DNA of 64,000 nt from Promethearchaeota archaeon (GCA_016839555.1 JAEOUA010000007.1:1-64000); one strand, 5' to 3'. Positions 41,308-52,328 are shown, counted from the stretch's first letter. Numbers and translations are program-made. The notes: generated by a model from the sequence alone, not told the origin.

Positions 41308-41727
41308 CTGGACGTAATAGACTTGAAAATATTGGAAGAACTCAAAAAAGATGGCAGAATATCTTTTAGTGATATTTCTAATAAGGTGAATAAGACAGAA
41401 GCAACAGTGAGACGCAGAGTAAATCGGATGCTAAAAGAGGGGATAATAAAAAATTTTACTATTGATTACCAAATAGAAAGTAAACCAAAGGTCAAGGTTA
41501 CGGTTAAGATAGAACCAAATTATAAAGAAATAAAAGATATTTTAAAAAAATTAAGGCAGATTAATGAAATTACTCATATATGGCGTCTTTCCGGGGAATG
41601 TGGACTGTTTATTATTGTTGAGATTCCAACCATCGAACAGTTTAATCCTTTAATCGAAGAAAAAATATCCCAAATTGAAGGATTAAAAATCACAGAAACA
41701 TGTTTTATTACTGATGTTATTAAATAA
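41308..41727 (+). CDS. Lrp/AsnC regulator; possible CTG start at 41308
   Basis: DVIDLKILEELKKDGRISFSDI..TEATVRRRV. Confidence 0.9.
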   Translation: MDVIDLKILEELKKDGRISFSDISNKVNKTEATVRRRVNRMLKEGIIKNFTIDYQIESKPKVKVTVKIEPNYKEIKDILKKLRQINEITHIWRLSGECGLFIIVEIPTIEQFNPLIEEKISQIEGLKITETCFITDVIK

Positions 41728-41745
41728 ATTTGAATATTCCAATAA

Positions 41746-41811
41746 AATACCATAATTATTTTTTAATAAGATTATTATAATACCATAGTTATTTTTTAAT
41801 AACATTATTAT
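41746..41811 (+). repeat. 33-bp tandem duplication
   Basis: AATACCATAATTATTTTTTAATAAGATTATTAT x2 with 2 mismatches. Confidence 0.85.
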
Positions 41812-41834
41812 AATATGATGATTAGGTTATAACT

Positions 41835-42077
41835 ATGTCTAAAGATCAGAAAAACAGATGCCCATATTGTAATAAGGTCCTTAAACATCCATACTGGGCT
41901 CATATCCAGCAATATCATCCAGAAGAATACAAAAAGAAGAAGACGTGGATTAAACTATATCAAGATTATTCAAGTGTAGGGATGGATGATAAAGTGATTT
42001 TTATTATTATGGCGGAATTATTTAATGTATCTGCCGATGAAATCAAATTTTATTTAGAAAAAAATAAAGTTCTCTAA
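41835..42077 (+). CDS. Small C2H2 Zn-finger protein
   Basis: CPYC..HIQQYH. Confidence 0.75.
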   Translation: MSKDQKNRCPYCNKVLKHPYWAHIQQYHPEEYKKKKTWIKLYQDYSSVGMDDKVIFIIMAELFNVSADEIKFYLEKNKVL

Positions 42078-42175
42078 CTATTTCCTATTAAGGGTTTTAA
42101 AATTTTCACCCTAATTTTAAACTTGGGATTTTTTACAAATAAGTTTCTAGCTATTTTTTCAGTTTCATTATATGC

Positions 42176-42718
42176 TTAAGCAAGATATGGGCGAATTTTT
42201 TTCCATATTGAATTAATGAGTTCTTTTTCTTCCGTATCAGGTTTGAATTTTAAGTTTTCAAGAATATATTGAGTTTCTTTGGTGTATCTTTCAATAAAAG
42301 AGTGTGGTGCTCCAGACATAGTAGAAACATTATGTTCTCTGTCTGCGAGCTTGATAATACGGGCTTCTTTAGATATATTATTTATTTTTTTTGTTAAATA
42401 TTGAGCTTTTGCTTTATAATCAGTTTCATTCTTATTGTTTTTATATTGTTTCTTATCAGAGGTTAATTCTTGAACTAAATCAGCGATTTCTTTGTTAAAA
42501 TTATACTTTAGTTCATCATATGTGGTGTCAGTATCTTCCAAAGTATCATGTAAATATGCGGCAGCTAAAATTGTTTTATTATTCTTATATTTATTGAATG
42601 TTTTCAAACGGTCAACGACCGCAAAAGGATGAGTGTAATATAACTCATTTGTGTATTTCCTTTGATCTTTTCCGTGCTTTAATTTCGCAAATGTTTTTGC
42701 TTTTTCTATTAAATCCAT
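42176..42718 (-). CDS. HD-domain small alarmone hydrolase (Mesh1/SpoT-like)
   Basis: QRK..YYTHP, LHDTLEDT, IKLADREHN. Confidence 0.85.
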   Translation of the reverse strand: MDLIEKAKTFAKLKHGKDQRKYTNELYYTHPFAVVDRLKTFNKYKNNKTILAAAYLHDTLEDTDTTYDELKYNFNKEIADLVQELTSDKKQYKNNKNETDYKAKAQYLTKKINNISKEARIIKLADREHNVSTMSGAPHSFIERYTKETQYILENLKFKPDTEEKELINSIWKKIRPYLA

Positions 42719-42731
42719 TTTGTTATAAAAT

Positions 42732-44030
42732 TTAACTTATTTTTTTTAGTGGAGTGATAACTTTCTTTCCGTTCATATACTTTCTAAGAACCTTGGGAAT
42801 TGTTATTGAGTGATCATGATTTTGAAAATTCTCAATAAGAGAACAGATTGTCCTTTCTGTTGCGATGGCCGTTGAATTAAGGGTATGAACGTTTTCTTTT
42901 TCTTCTGTTACTCCGACTTTGCCCATTCTAATTTTAAGTTTTCTTGCTTGATAATCTAGGCAATTACTACATGATACTAATTCTCTATAAGTATTAGAAG
43001 CAGGAAACCAAGCTTCTAAATCATATTTCTTAGCAGCATTATCATTTAGCTCTCCAGACGCAATACTCACAATTCGGTAGGGAATTTCTAATTTTTTATA
43101 TAATTCTTCAGCATTTTGAATGAGTTCTTCATGGAATTTCCAAGAATTCTCCGGCTTACAGAATACATATTGTTCAACTTTTTCAAATTGATGAACTCTA
43201 AAAATTCCCAGCGTATCTTTTCCATGAGAACCTGCCTCTCTCCTAAAACATGAAGATATACCGGCATATTTAAGCGGTAAGTTATCAGGATCTATAATTT
43301 CATCATAATGATAAGCAGCTAAAGTTTGCTCGGAAGTGGCAATCATATATAAATCCTCGTCTTGAATTTTATATAACTGCTCTTCAAAATCGGTAAGTTC
43401 TGCAGCAGCTTTAATTATTTCATATTTCACAAAAAAGGGAGTCCACATTGGAAGATATCCTTTATTTTCCAAAAAATCTATAGCAAATCTCATTAATGCC
43501 AAATTTAATAGAGCCAAGTCCCCCTTCAAATAATAAAAACGAGAACCCACCACCTCTGATGCCTTTAAAACATCTGCTCCATTGATTAGTTCAATTAAGT
43601 CCACATGTGATACCGGTTTAAATTTAAAATCTGCAGTTTCTCCAACTAACCTGATGATCTGGTTTTCTTCCTCCGTTTCTCCTATGGGAACAGATTCATG
43701 AACAATATTTCCTACAATGTATCTATATTCTTCCCTTTGTTGGAGAAATTTTTCCGCTTCTTGCTCTAACTCTTCTATCTCTTCTTTAATTTTGGTTGAT
43801 TGTTCGATCGCCTTACTAGCTTCTTTTTCTTTACCCGCCTTTTTATATTTTCCTATATGGCGAGAAATTTCATTACGCTTTCTTCTGGCCTCTTCTAATT
43901 GTTGTAAGGCATCACGCCATTTTATATCATATTCTAATACTTTTTTGGCATTATTGGGGTCTTTGAATCGCTTTTCTTCAGAGGCGATTATTTTCTCCAA
44001 ATTGTTTCGAAATAATTCAATATCAAGCAA
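42732..44030 (-). CDS. serS: Serine-tRNA ligase
   Basis: ATSEQ, FRREAGSHG, RVHQFEKVE, ELVSCSNC, HTLNST. Confidence 0.97.
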   Translation of the reverse strand: MLDIELFRNNLEKIIASEEKRFKDPNNAKKVLEYDIKWRDALQQLEEARRKRNEISRHIGKYKKAGKEKEASKAIEQSTKIKEEIEELEQEAEKFLQQREEYRYIVGNIVHESVPIGETEEENQIIRLVGETADFKFKPVSHVDLIELINGADVLKASEVVGSRFYYLKGDLALLNLALMRFAIDFLENKGYLPMWTPFFVKYEIIKAAAELTDFEEQLYKIQDEDLYMIATSEQTLAAYHYDEIIDPDNLPLKYAGISSCFRREAGSHGKDTLGIFRVHQFEKVEQYVFCKPENSWKFHEELIQNAEELYKKLEIPYRIVSIASGELNDNAAKKYDLEAWFPASNTYRELVSCSNCLDYQARKLKIRMGKVGVTEEKENVHTLNSTAIATERTICSLIENFQNHDHSITIPKVLRKYMNGKKVITPLKKIS

Positions 44031-44380
44031 AATTAGTTCCCTTCCATGATAAATTAATTAGATCTTATATATAGATACAATCAATTGTTAATGAAATTAA
44101 TGATTTAACATAAAAAAAGTCTTATATCATATTATATTAGGCTTATTCTTTCTTAGCGTTTATACTACTCATTCTATGAAACAATTTTTGAATTATTGGA
44201 CAGAAAAACCTTAAAAAATAAGTAAAAATAATTACTATTTATCTCTTACTTATTTGAAGGTGAGAATAAATGGTGTCTAACTTTGAGCATAATTTAAGTT
44301 ACTATAGAATAAATAGTATGCAAGATTATGAGAATTATTGATAAAAAAATATATAATATAAAATAAAAATAATAAAAATT

Positions 44381-44971
44381 ATGGCTTTTATTAATGCAAA
44401 ATTAGAAACTCTGGTAAGGTACCTAGGTATGGTATTTCTGCTTATTGCCATTCCATTCACTATTATCTCAGATTATATATTAATGAATAACTCTTTCATA
44501 TTCCTCTTATATGTTATTAGCTTCTTTTTATGGCTACTTTTTTTCATACTTTTAAAATTTGAAATAGATTTAATTACTGATAATGAAATAATCCTCCAAA
44601 AACTATTATTAATCTTTACTTGTATTATGGGTATTGTTTCAATTCTTCTTATTATTTTTTTAATGGAATTGAGATTTTTGATTTTATATCTCATTCAGAC
44701 AATTTCAATAATAATGCTTATCTATTGCTGGAACTTCTCATTATCAATTTTTAAAAGAAAAAAGTACATATTTATTCTCTCGGGAGTTGTTTATCTTCTC
44801 CTTACTCTTGTTTTTGATATCCCATCTCTTAATATTAATAAGATTTCTGATATATTTGTTTTTGAGAATTTTTTTAGAATCGTCTCAGTTCTTTTAACTT
44901 TAATAGGACTAATCTTTATAATTTTAGGAGAATTAAGAATGAAGAAAAAAGGATTATTAAACTATATTTAA
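44381..44971 (+). CDS. Membrane protein
   Basis: About 6 TM segments. Confidence 0.7.
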   Translation: MAFINAKLETLVRYLGMVFLLIAIPFTIISDYILMNNSFIFLLYVISFFLWLLFFILLKFEIDLITDNEIILQKLLLIFTCIMGIVSILLIIFLMELRFLILYLIQTISIIMLIYCWNFSLSIFKRKKYIFILSGVVYLLLTLVFDIPSLNINKISDIFVFENFFRIVSVLLTLIGLIFIILGELRMKKKGLLNYI

Positions 44972-45035
44972 CAATTGTAATTATTAAAATTCAAAAAAAA
45001 TATAGAAATAAAAAAAATAATTAAAAAAATTTAAG

Positions 45036-45575
45036 GTGATTTATATCAAACTTGAAGATCTTAAAAATCTAAAGGTTCCTAAGGTAATGATAAAGAAAAT
45101 ACTCCCACCGAAAAAAGCAGTTTCCACAGTAGATACTTCTGGCGATGGAAAAGCGGATAGTATTAAAATATCCTTTCTCAATTTATTAATGCCTTTCACG
45201 ATTCCCTCTCAAGAAGATTTGGGAGATATTGATGTCGACGAGATTGATCCTTCCGAATATGGTACAATATTATTGAACGGGGAAAAAATTGATATTTCTA
45301 AGGGAGCGGCAAATACAGAATTAATTAAGAAAAGTTTACAGGTTCATCATAAAGGAGAATCATTCACTTTTTATGACGCAATCGGAGGTAAGATGGGAGG
45401 CAGAACTATAGCAATGGGAGATGAGATCATAATTGTGTTCAAACTAGAGGATACCCTCTTGGAAAAATTAACCGAAGGAAAACATACCATTGGAATCGAA
45501 TCTGAAAAATTCCCAAATATTGAATTCGGGTTTGAATTAACAGATAAGAATATGAACCAACCGTTCAATCCCTAA
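45036..45575 (+). CDS. Hypothetical protein
   Basis: ORF with a DTSGDGKAD Ca-binding-like loop. Confidence 0.65.
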   Translation: MIYIKLEDLKNLKVPKVMIKKILPPKKAVSTVDTSGDGKADSIKISFLNLLMPFTIPSQEDLGDIDVDEIDPSEYGTILLNGEKIDISKGAANTELIKKSLQVHHKGESFTFYDAIGGKMGGRTIAMGDEIIIVFKLEDTLLEKLTEGKHTIGIESEKFPNIEFGFELTDKNMNQPFNP

Positions 45576-45754
45576 AGAATTGCAAATATTAATCTTTCTT
45601 AATGGTTTTAAAATTTCTTAATAGTTATAAAACTCTCCAATAATTTTATGGGAGTATAAAAATTTTAAAAAAATAGATTAAAAAAAATAATTGAGAGAAA
45701 TTTCCAGTGAAAAAAAATTTAGATCTTTAAGATGCGATTCAGAAATATGTGTTT

Positions 45755-46051
45755 TCAGAATTCCTCTTCTTCTAGCTCGTCTTTGAGCAACCCAGCCTGT
45801 TTGAGAAGATCTTCCACACTATCTCTTGCTTTAATGACTTGCTCATTCTCGTTTAACTTCAGACTCTCTAACACCGAGTCAGAGAATTCCAAAAATTTCT
45901 TAATGGATTGACTTGAAAAATCTTTTACTTTTTCTTGGGTATCTTCAATGAATTCTTTACCTTGTTCTCCAAAAATATTTTCGGCCAAATTTACGACAGC
46001 ATTATTTAACTGATCAAGTATATTCTTCTTCTCTTCTTGTTCTTCACTCAT
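45755..46051 (-). CDS. Acidic helical hypothetical protein
   Basis: 98-aa ORF. Confidence 0.65.
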   Translation of the reverse strand: MSEEQEEKKNILDQLNNAVVNLAENIFGEQGKEFIEDTQEKVKDFSSQSIKKFLEFSDSVLESLKLNENEQVIKARDSVEDLLKQAGLLKDELEEEEF

Positions 46052-46269
46052 TTTACATCGTTTTATTAAAAATAATTTGATTGTTTGTAGAAAAATATTA
46101 GCTATTTATAATTATTTTTCCAATTTTTACTCATATTTCTTATATTATTTTCCCGTTATAAAATTTTAAAAAATAAAAGTAAGAAACAAAAAATCTTCTA
46201 TTAAAAGAGTAAATTTATAAAAATGAGAGTCTTTAAAAATTAATTAAATGAAAATACTTGGTTTTATCG

Positions 46270-46827
46270 TTATTTATTTATTAAATCAGAAAATTTTTTA
46301 CCGAAACCTGTAATTCTGTCCCAATCTCTCAGATCATTTTTATCATTCGGCTTTATATTAGGATCTTCCTTTGCTGCCATCATTAGCATTTTTTTGGAGA
46401 AACCGCCTAATTTCGAATCTTCCGTAAGATCTAAGACCCCTCCAAATGCTTCCAGCATACCAGCATTAATATTATAAGGTTCTATAACCTTTTTAATATA
46501 GTTATTCTTCGCTTGTTCTCGTTTTTCGGGGTTTCCCCCATCACCACAACTCACAAACACGCCTAACATGTTTTCTTTTGATTTTAATTCATCAGCATAT
46601 TTTTTAACAAATTTACGAGCATTTTTAGTCCATTTTCCAATTTGGATGCCGGATCCTAATAAAATTCCATCAAATTCATCTAAGGAAGGTATATCACTTT
46701 TTTTTGATGTTTCTAAATTAATAAGTTGTGTCTCTATATCATTATCCTCTAAAACTTTTGCCAATTCTTGAGAAATCTCCTCGGTGCTTCCATACCGCGT
46801 TCCGTATAATATTAAGACTTTTTTCAT
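46270..46827 (-). CDS. Flavodoxin-domain (HemG-like) protein
   Basis: YGTRYGSTEEI, DLRDWDRI. Confidence 0.88.
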   Translation of the reverse strand: MKKVLILYGTRYGSTEEISQELAKVLEDNDIETQLINLETSKKSDIPSLDEFDGILLGSGIQIGKWTKNARKFVKKYADELKSKENMLGVFVSCGDGGNPEKREQAKNNYIKKVIEPYNINAGMLEAFGGVLDLTEDSKLGGFSKKMLMMAAKEDPNIKPNDKNDLRDWDRITGFGKKFSDLINK

Positions 46828-47048
46828 AATTAATTATCACTTATATATTTTTTATTTTTAATAGTTGTTAAGTGGATTTAAATTCACACCTTTTTGCTTA
46901 TAAATATTAAGGTTTGAATTGATTCTATTATTTAAAATAAAAAAAACAGAAAAAAACTCTAAGAAATAAATTACTTAAATTTAAAAGCGAAGATTTAATT
47001 AAATTTAATAAGAAAAATCTCTATCTTTTTACAAGAATATAGATTTTT

Positions 47049-47124
47049 GGTAGTGAAGTATGGCTTGAATGGGTAATTCCGACTAGAGCAAGTCTAGTAA
47101 GAATACTATTCAGTTTTCACTACT
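47049..47124 (+). ncRNA. Candidate structured RNA or palindromic element
   Basis: Nested stems GTAGTGAA/TTCACTAC, TGAATG/TATTCA, ATTC/GAAT, ACTAGA/TCTAGT. Confidence 0.4.
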
Positions 47125-47261
47125 TATTTACTAATTGTGTTGTTCTCCTTTTAATCTTATTATTAGACCCTTAATAATCTAGGCATTCATTAATAAAAAA
47201 AAAGGAAATTTTTAATATCAATTAGTTTTTTTAAATGAGAATAAATTAGTTAATAAAATTT

Positions 47262-48680
47262 CTAATTAAAACTTGGTCTTTTATCTTGCCAAGGTTGCAG
47301 ATCTTCAAAAGCTTTTGAAACTCGAAGTACAGTTATTTCATCGAGTCTTTTTCCCACGATCTGCATTCCTATGGGTAATCCATTATTTGTCCAGCCACAT
47401 GGAATTGATGCTGCAGGATTCCAAGTCATATTAAAAGGATAACAAAAGCTCATCAATCCTGTAATTGGAGAAGATTTACCCGCAACTTCTGAGGGATATG
47501 GGATTCCTAACTCTATGGCGGGAATTGGTGTTGTCGGAGTAATTAAAATGTCGTATTTTTTAAAGTATTGGGTAAAAACATTGTCAATTTCTTTTGCATA
47601 TGATTCTGCTTGTATTAAATCAAAAGTATTGAACATCGTTCCAGCATCTATCATTTTAACAAGTTCTGGTGCCATTTTTTCCCTCCATTGTTTTATAAGT
47701 GGTTTATAATCATAATCCATGGAAGTAGCTACAATAATTGAAAATGCATATAAGGCTTTTTTCACCTTAATTTTAACCTTTTCAATTGTAGAACACCACT
47801 CAAATTCTTGAAATTTCTGAATTGCATCTAAAATAAATTTTTCAACTTCATTATCACATGCCTTTACATTCAAATCTAATGAGTAACCAATTTTCAGTTT
47901 TTTTGGTTCATCTTCAAGAGCCTTTAAGAAATTAGGTTTTTTTTGCGGTATAGAATACTTATCTGCAAGATCTGGTCCAGCCATAGCATCCAGCATCAGA
48001 GCGGCATCCTTTACATATCTTGTTAAGGGACCATAATGAGATAGTGTTGAAAAGGCCATTTTTTTAGAAATTCTGGGAATTCTTCCAAAGGTAGGTTTCA
48101 AACCATAAACTCCACAGAGGCTAGCTGGAATTCTAATAGATCCGCCACCATCAGAACCTAAAGCTAATGGTCCCATTCCTGTCGCTACAGCTACAGCGGC
48201 GCCACCGCTTGATCCTCCACAAGTTCTTTTTAAATCCCATGGATTAAGAGTTTCTCCAAAAATGTAATTATCTGTAGCAGTTTTGTGGCCATCTTCAGGC
48301 GTATTCGTCTTTCCAAGTATCACACACCCTGCGTCTTTTAATCTCTTCACTACAATCTCATCTACTTCAGGAACATAATTTTCGTAAATCAAACTGCCAT
48401 AAGTTGTCCTAATTCCCTTGGTTTCAATAAGATCTTTAATAGAAATGGGAATACCTTGTAATGAACCTAATTTTTCGCCTTTTTTAATAGCATCATCAGA
48501 TTGTTTTGCCATTTCTCTGGCCAACTCAAAGGTAGGAGTACAATATGCGTTTACTATAGGGTTAATTTTTTCAATTCGCTCAATAATCGTTTCTGTTACC
48601 TCAACGGAGGTCAATTCTTGATTTTTAATTTTTTCTGCCATATCATAAGCAGAAATATAGTATATTTCTTCTTTATTCAA
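47262..48680 (-). CDS. Amidase signature family protein
   Basis: [19 protein letters not shown]. Confidence 0.92.
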   Translation of the reverse strand: MNKEEIYYISAYDMAEKIKNQELTSVEVTETIIERIEKINPIVNAYCTPTFELAREMAKQSDDAIKKGEKLGSLQGIPISIKDLIETKGIRTTYGSLIYENYVPEVDEIVVKRLKDAGCVILGKTNTPEDGHKTATDNYIFGETLNPWDLKRTCGGSSGGAAVAVATGMGPLALGSDGGGSIRIPASLCGVYGLKPTFGRIPRISKKMAFSTLSHYGPLTRYVKDAALMLDAMAGPDLADKYSIPQKKPNFLKALEDEPKKLKIGYSLDLNVKACDNEVEKFILDAIQKFQEFEWCSTIEKVKIKVKKALYAFSIIVATSMDYDYKPLIKQWREKMAPELVKMIDAGTMFNTFDLIQAESYAKEIDNVFTQYFKKYDILITPTTPIPAIELGIPYPSEVAGKSSPITGLMSFCYPFNMTWNPAASIPCGWTNNGLPIGMQIVGKRLDEITVLRVSKAFEDLQPWQDKRPSFN

Positions 48681-48823
48681 ATTTATCGGCTCATTAAATT
48701 AAATTTCTTGCAATAGAATATGTAACTTAAAATTTAAATCATTTCACAGAACAAATATAAAAATTAAATTAAGAAATCTGAAGTTTGTTAATAATGAAAA
48801 AAAGAAAAGAAATTTTTGGGTAC

Positions 48824-50284
48824 TTATTTCTCGATATCGAGTATATCTTTTACTAAGTTTTTTTTCTCTTCAAGATCTGCTTGTCGAGAGATCATAATTC
48901 TCTGGGTTTGAGGAGAACCGGCCCCATGCATTGATTCTGTCCTATAGCTTACAGAGGCAACCCCCATCGTTAGATTTTCTATAAATCTCAAGATCTTATA
49001 TCTATCTTCTGTGGGGGTTTCAGGAGAAGTTTTTAAGTATTTTTTTAATAATGGACCCACCTCATTTGATCGGAAATCGGCTTCAGAAGGCAAGGTGCAT
49101 ATTAATCCTCCAGCGATATCTTCCGCCAAACGTGCGATTTCGTAAGGAAATCGGGTGACATTTTGTTTACATACATTCGCCAATAACATATCCATTTCAT
49201 AATTTCCCGCTTCACGCTGAAATCCTAACGCACTACAAGCGATTCCAGAGCTAAAAAGAGTTTCATTTAAATGTATCATTTCTACGAGTTTATCTCGTAT
49301 ATGAGATGCACGATCTACTCCATGATATTGTGCTGATAATGCTGCAGCACCTATTAATATATCTCCTACACCTACTTTACATCCCCCATATGATTGTCGA
49401 TGAAATCCTGCGAATCGATTAACCAATGCTCGAGAGAATTCTATTTCACCATTCATAAAAATATTTTCTTTAGGAATAAACACATTATCAAAAATTACAA
49501 AGATCTCTTGCCCGCCATATTTGAAGTTTCCAATATCTAATTTTCCCTCTTCCATTTTACGGGTATCAGATGTTTGTCTTCCATAAATGAGCGTAATTCC
49601 CTCTGCATTCGTATCAACTCCGCAACTTATGGCATATTCCTCTTCCCCATCTTGTAATGTAAGGGTGGGCATGATAATTGCTCTATGAGAGTTTAAAAAT
49701 CCCGTTTGATGAATTTTCGCACCCTTTATTATCACTCCGTCTTCATTCTCATCAACCACATGTAAGTATGCGTCAGGATCTTCTTGATCCTTAGGTCTAT
49801 TACGACGATCGCCTTTTGTGTCCGTCATTGCGCCACCGACCATTAAATCTTGATCTTGAACTTCGATCCAGTATTTTTTAAATCTTTCATGATAATTGGT
49901 GCCATATTTCTTATCTATTTCATAGGTCACGCTATAGAGTGCATTAGCAGTATCAAGTCCAACACATCTCTGAAAACAACATCCGGTTTTTTGTCCTAAT
50001 AATCTTTGCATCTGCACCTTCTTGATAAGATCATCTACAGACTGATGAATGTGAGTAAATCTATTTATTGTATTCCCTGTTAAATGCGATCGGGCGGTCA
50101 TTAAATCTTTATATTCGTCTATTTGCGCCAATTCATAAATTTTCATTACGGTATTAATAGAAGGACGTATAATGGGATGATTCCAAAACTCAGTTACTTT
50201 TTCCCCAAACATATAGAGATTAATTGGTCGCTTGATGCTTTCTAAATATTCTTGAACAGTTTTTAAAGGCATTTTTAATAACAA
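48824..50284 (-). CDS. abfD: 4-hydroxybutyryl-CoA dehydratase (HpaB family)
   Basis: Fe-S ligands CFQRC and HRQSYGGC; ESMHGAGSP. Confidence 0.85.
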   Translation of the reverse strand: MLLKMPLKTVQEYLESIKRPINLYMFGEKVTEFWNHPIIRPSINTVMKIYELAQIDEYKDLMTARSHLTGNTINRFTHIHQSVDDLIKKVQMQRLLGQKTGCCFQRCVGLDTANALYSVTYEIDKKYGTNYHERFKKYWIEVQDQDLMVGGAMTDTKGDRRNRPKDQEDPDAYLHVVDENEDGVIIKGAKIHQTGFLNSHRAIIMPTLTLQDGEEEYAISCGVDTNAEGITLIYGRQTSDTRKMEEGKLDIGNFKYGGQEIFVIFDNVFIPKENIFMNGEIEFSRALVNRFAGFHRQSYGGCKVGVGDILIGAAALSAQYHGVDRASHIRDKLVEMIHLNETLFSSGIACSALGFQREAGNYEMDMLLANVCKQNVTRFPYEIARLAEDIAGGLICTLPSEADFRSNEVGPLLKKYLKTSPETPTEDRYKILRFIENLTMGVASVSYRTESMHGAGSPQTQRIMISRQADLEEKKNLVKDILDIEK

Positions 50285-50368
50285 CTCCTACTTTAATTAA
50301 AAAGAAAACTAAGGATTAAAATTTATTATGATTATTAATAATTATATCAGCGATTTTAATTGTTTTTA

Positions 50369-50436
50369 AAATTATTTTTATTTGATATTCAAATTATATT
50401 TGATTTTTCCCAATCTTTTAACTTCTCTTTTGGATA
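50369..50436 (-). repeat. Displaced copy of the CoA-transferase 3' end (direct repeat of 52309-52376)
   Basis: 62/68 identity; translates YPKEKLKDWEKSNII* versus YPKEKLKEWKKLKII*. Confidence 0.88.
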
Positions 50437-50549
50437 CTATACAGAAAAAGATTTATGAAAACATTTTTAAGATTAAGGATAATTTTAATAAATTCTTGAT
50501 TTACTAAATAGAAATAAAATTTATTAAGTAATTTAATTATTTACTAAAT

Positions 50550-50804
50550 ATGAATATTGAAAAAATAATTAGAGAAAAACCTGTTAAAGTGACCAATAAT
50601 GGAATGATTACAATCCCTGCGGTATTTAGAAGAAAATATAACTTAAATGATGGGGATAAGGTTTTGGTTTTAGAAGATGAAGGAGTGTTGAAAATAATCC
50701 CCATTAGGAGTGATAAAGAATTGCGTAAAAATTCATATAGTAGGGAAGATATGAAAGATTTATCAAAAAAAATAAAACAAGAAGAACTTAAGAGGGAGAA
50801 ATAA
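50550..50804 (+). CDS. vapB: AbrB-family antitoxin
   Basis: KVTNNGMITIPAVFRRKYNLNDGD. Confidence 0.88.
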   Translation: MNIEKIIREKPVKVTNNGMITIPAVFRRKYNLNDGDKVLVLEDEGVLKIIPIRSDKELRKNSYSREDMKDLSKKIKQEELKREK

Positions 50805-51218
50805 TTGAAAAATGTTTGTTGTATAGACACAGGTATCATTACCCAGTTTTATTCAAAAAATCCTCCTGAAGAAATACTGGAATTGATGAGGGATGTAAAA
50901 AAGAAAAAAATTGAGAGTTTTTTCCCTTATCCAATCCTAATTGAAGCTTATTACTATATTTGCAGACTATTGGGTAATATAGCTGCAGAAATAAGAATTG
51001 CATCTTTTATAAATAACTATCCTGTTAAATTAGTCAATTTAAATTCTTCCTTGGTCTTAAAGGCAGGAGAGTTAAAGTGTAAACATTCAAATATTCTCTC
51101 ATATAATGATTGCATAATTATTGCTTATGCTCTAAATAAAAAAATCTTTCTCCACACGACTAAGAAGAATTTACATAAGATTTTACCTACTCTTAAATTA
51201 AAAGAATATAGTTTTTAA
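50805..51218 (+). CDS. vapC: PIN-domain toxin
   Basis: IDTG, E, LSYNDC. Confidence 0.85.
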   Translation: MKNVCCIDTGIITQFYSKNPPEEILELMRDVKKKKIESFFPYPILIEAYYYICRLLGNIAAEIRIASFINNYPVKLVNLNSSLVLKAGELKCKHSNILSYNDCIIIAYALNKKIFLHTTKKNLHKILPTLKLKEYSF

Positions 51219-51398
51219 AAATAATTCTATTATCCAATTACTATTATTATATTTAGTTTTATTTGGAATAGAATATAAAATTCGTTTCACAATAAAAATT
51301 TAGTTTAATCTCGTGGATAATTAAAAAGATAATGTTTAATGTATTTGATTTATATTATTTCATTTCGTTTCCACTTTTTCAAATTTTCTTTTGGATAA

Positions 51399-52148
51399 TT
51401 AAGAAGCTAATTTAAGACAAATTATTTGTTTTTTACCAAATAAATAAGTATCTAGTTGGTCTAATAAATTCCTCCCTATTAAAGCGTTAAAAGGAAAACA
51501 ATCAGCAATCGGTGCAAGAATAAATTCTGTATTAAATTTTTTATTAAATATTGTAATTTCACAGCTATACATTTTCGTTATAATAATACCAGTCGCAGTC
51601 GAGACTTTTTCCTCTCTCTTTACTTCAAAATCTTCAGAATCAAAACTATTCTTTTTTAATACACATAAAGAGGAAGCTGTATCTATGGATGATGATAATA
51701 TTTTTTCACCTAAATTAGTTTTAAAATTAATAGGGAAGATAGGATAAGAAGATTCTTCAACTTGCGCATATTTCCAACAATTTAATTCAGATAAATTAAG
51801 AAAGCAATATTCCATCTGTTTTTTTTTAGCACCATTATACTTTATCACTAAAGGTAAATCTGGAAAGTTTTTAACCGCAATTTGAGCAATTTCACTGGGA
51901 TTATCGCTAACAGCAATTATTGCCCCTCTTATGAATCCGACATATTTATTTTTTGGTATATAATCAGGAATCTTAACCTTTTGGCTTTCTTTTTCCGATA
52001 ATGATGTTTCCTGGATTTTAATTTGTTCTGTGATTAATTTGCGTATAAATTCACTCATTGATTTATTATTCTGTGATTCTGTTAAATCCTTTACTTTTTT
52101 CTTATCTTTATTATCTATATGAATATTTAAGATTGTCATATATATCAA
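51399..52148 (-). CDS. RHH + DUF5678-like + retropepsin-like protease fusion
   Basis: SMSEFIRKLI; NKYVGFIRGAIIAVSDN; IDTAS...LIGRNLL. Confidence 0.7.
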   Translation of the reverse strand: MIYMTILNIHIDNKDKKKVKDLTESQNNKSMSEFIRKLITEQIKIQETSLSEKESQKVKIPDYIPKNKYVGFIRGAIIAVSDNPSEIAQIAVKNFPDLPLVIKYNGAKKKQMEYCFLNLSELNCWKYAQVEESSYPIFPINFKTNLGEKILSSSIDTASSLCVLKKNSFDSEDFEVKREEKVSTATGIIITKMYSCEITIFNKKFNTEFILAPIADCFPFNALIGRNLLDQLDTYLFGKKQIICLKLAS

Positions 52149-52328
52149 AAAATTATTGAGAAATAATATTGATCATTGTGATATAAAAAGAAGATATATA
52201 TTAATATTTTGCCTAACGATTTTTATTATGTTGATTTATGAAATTTGGTTTTTTACTAACTATACGCATAATTTTGATTAGGTTATAATATTATTTGAAC
52301 AATTGTTGAAATTATTTTTACTTGATAT

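Noticed and set aside
47049-47124. Hairpin as a SECIS element
   Set aside because: No AUGA/GA core and no in-frame UGA selenoprotein candidate nearby.
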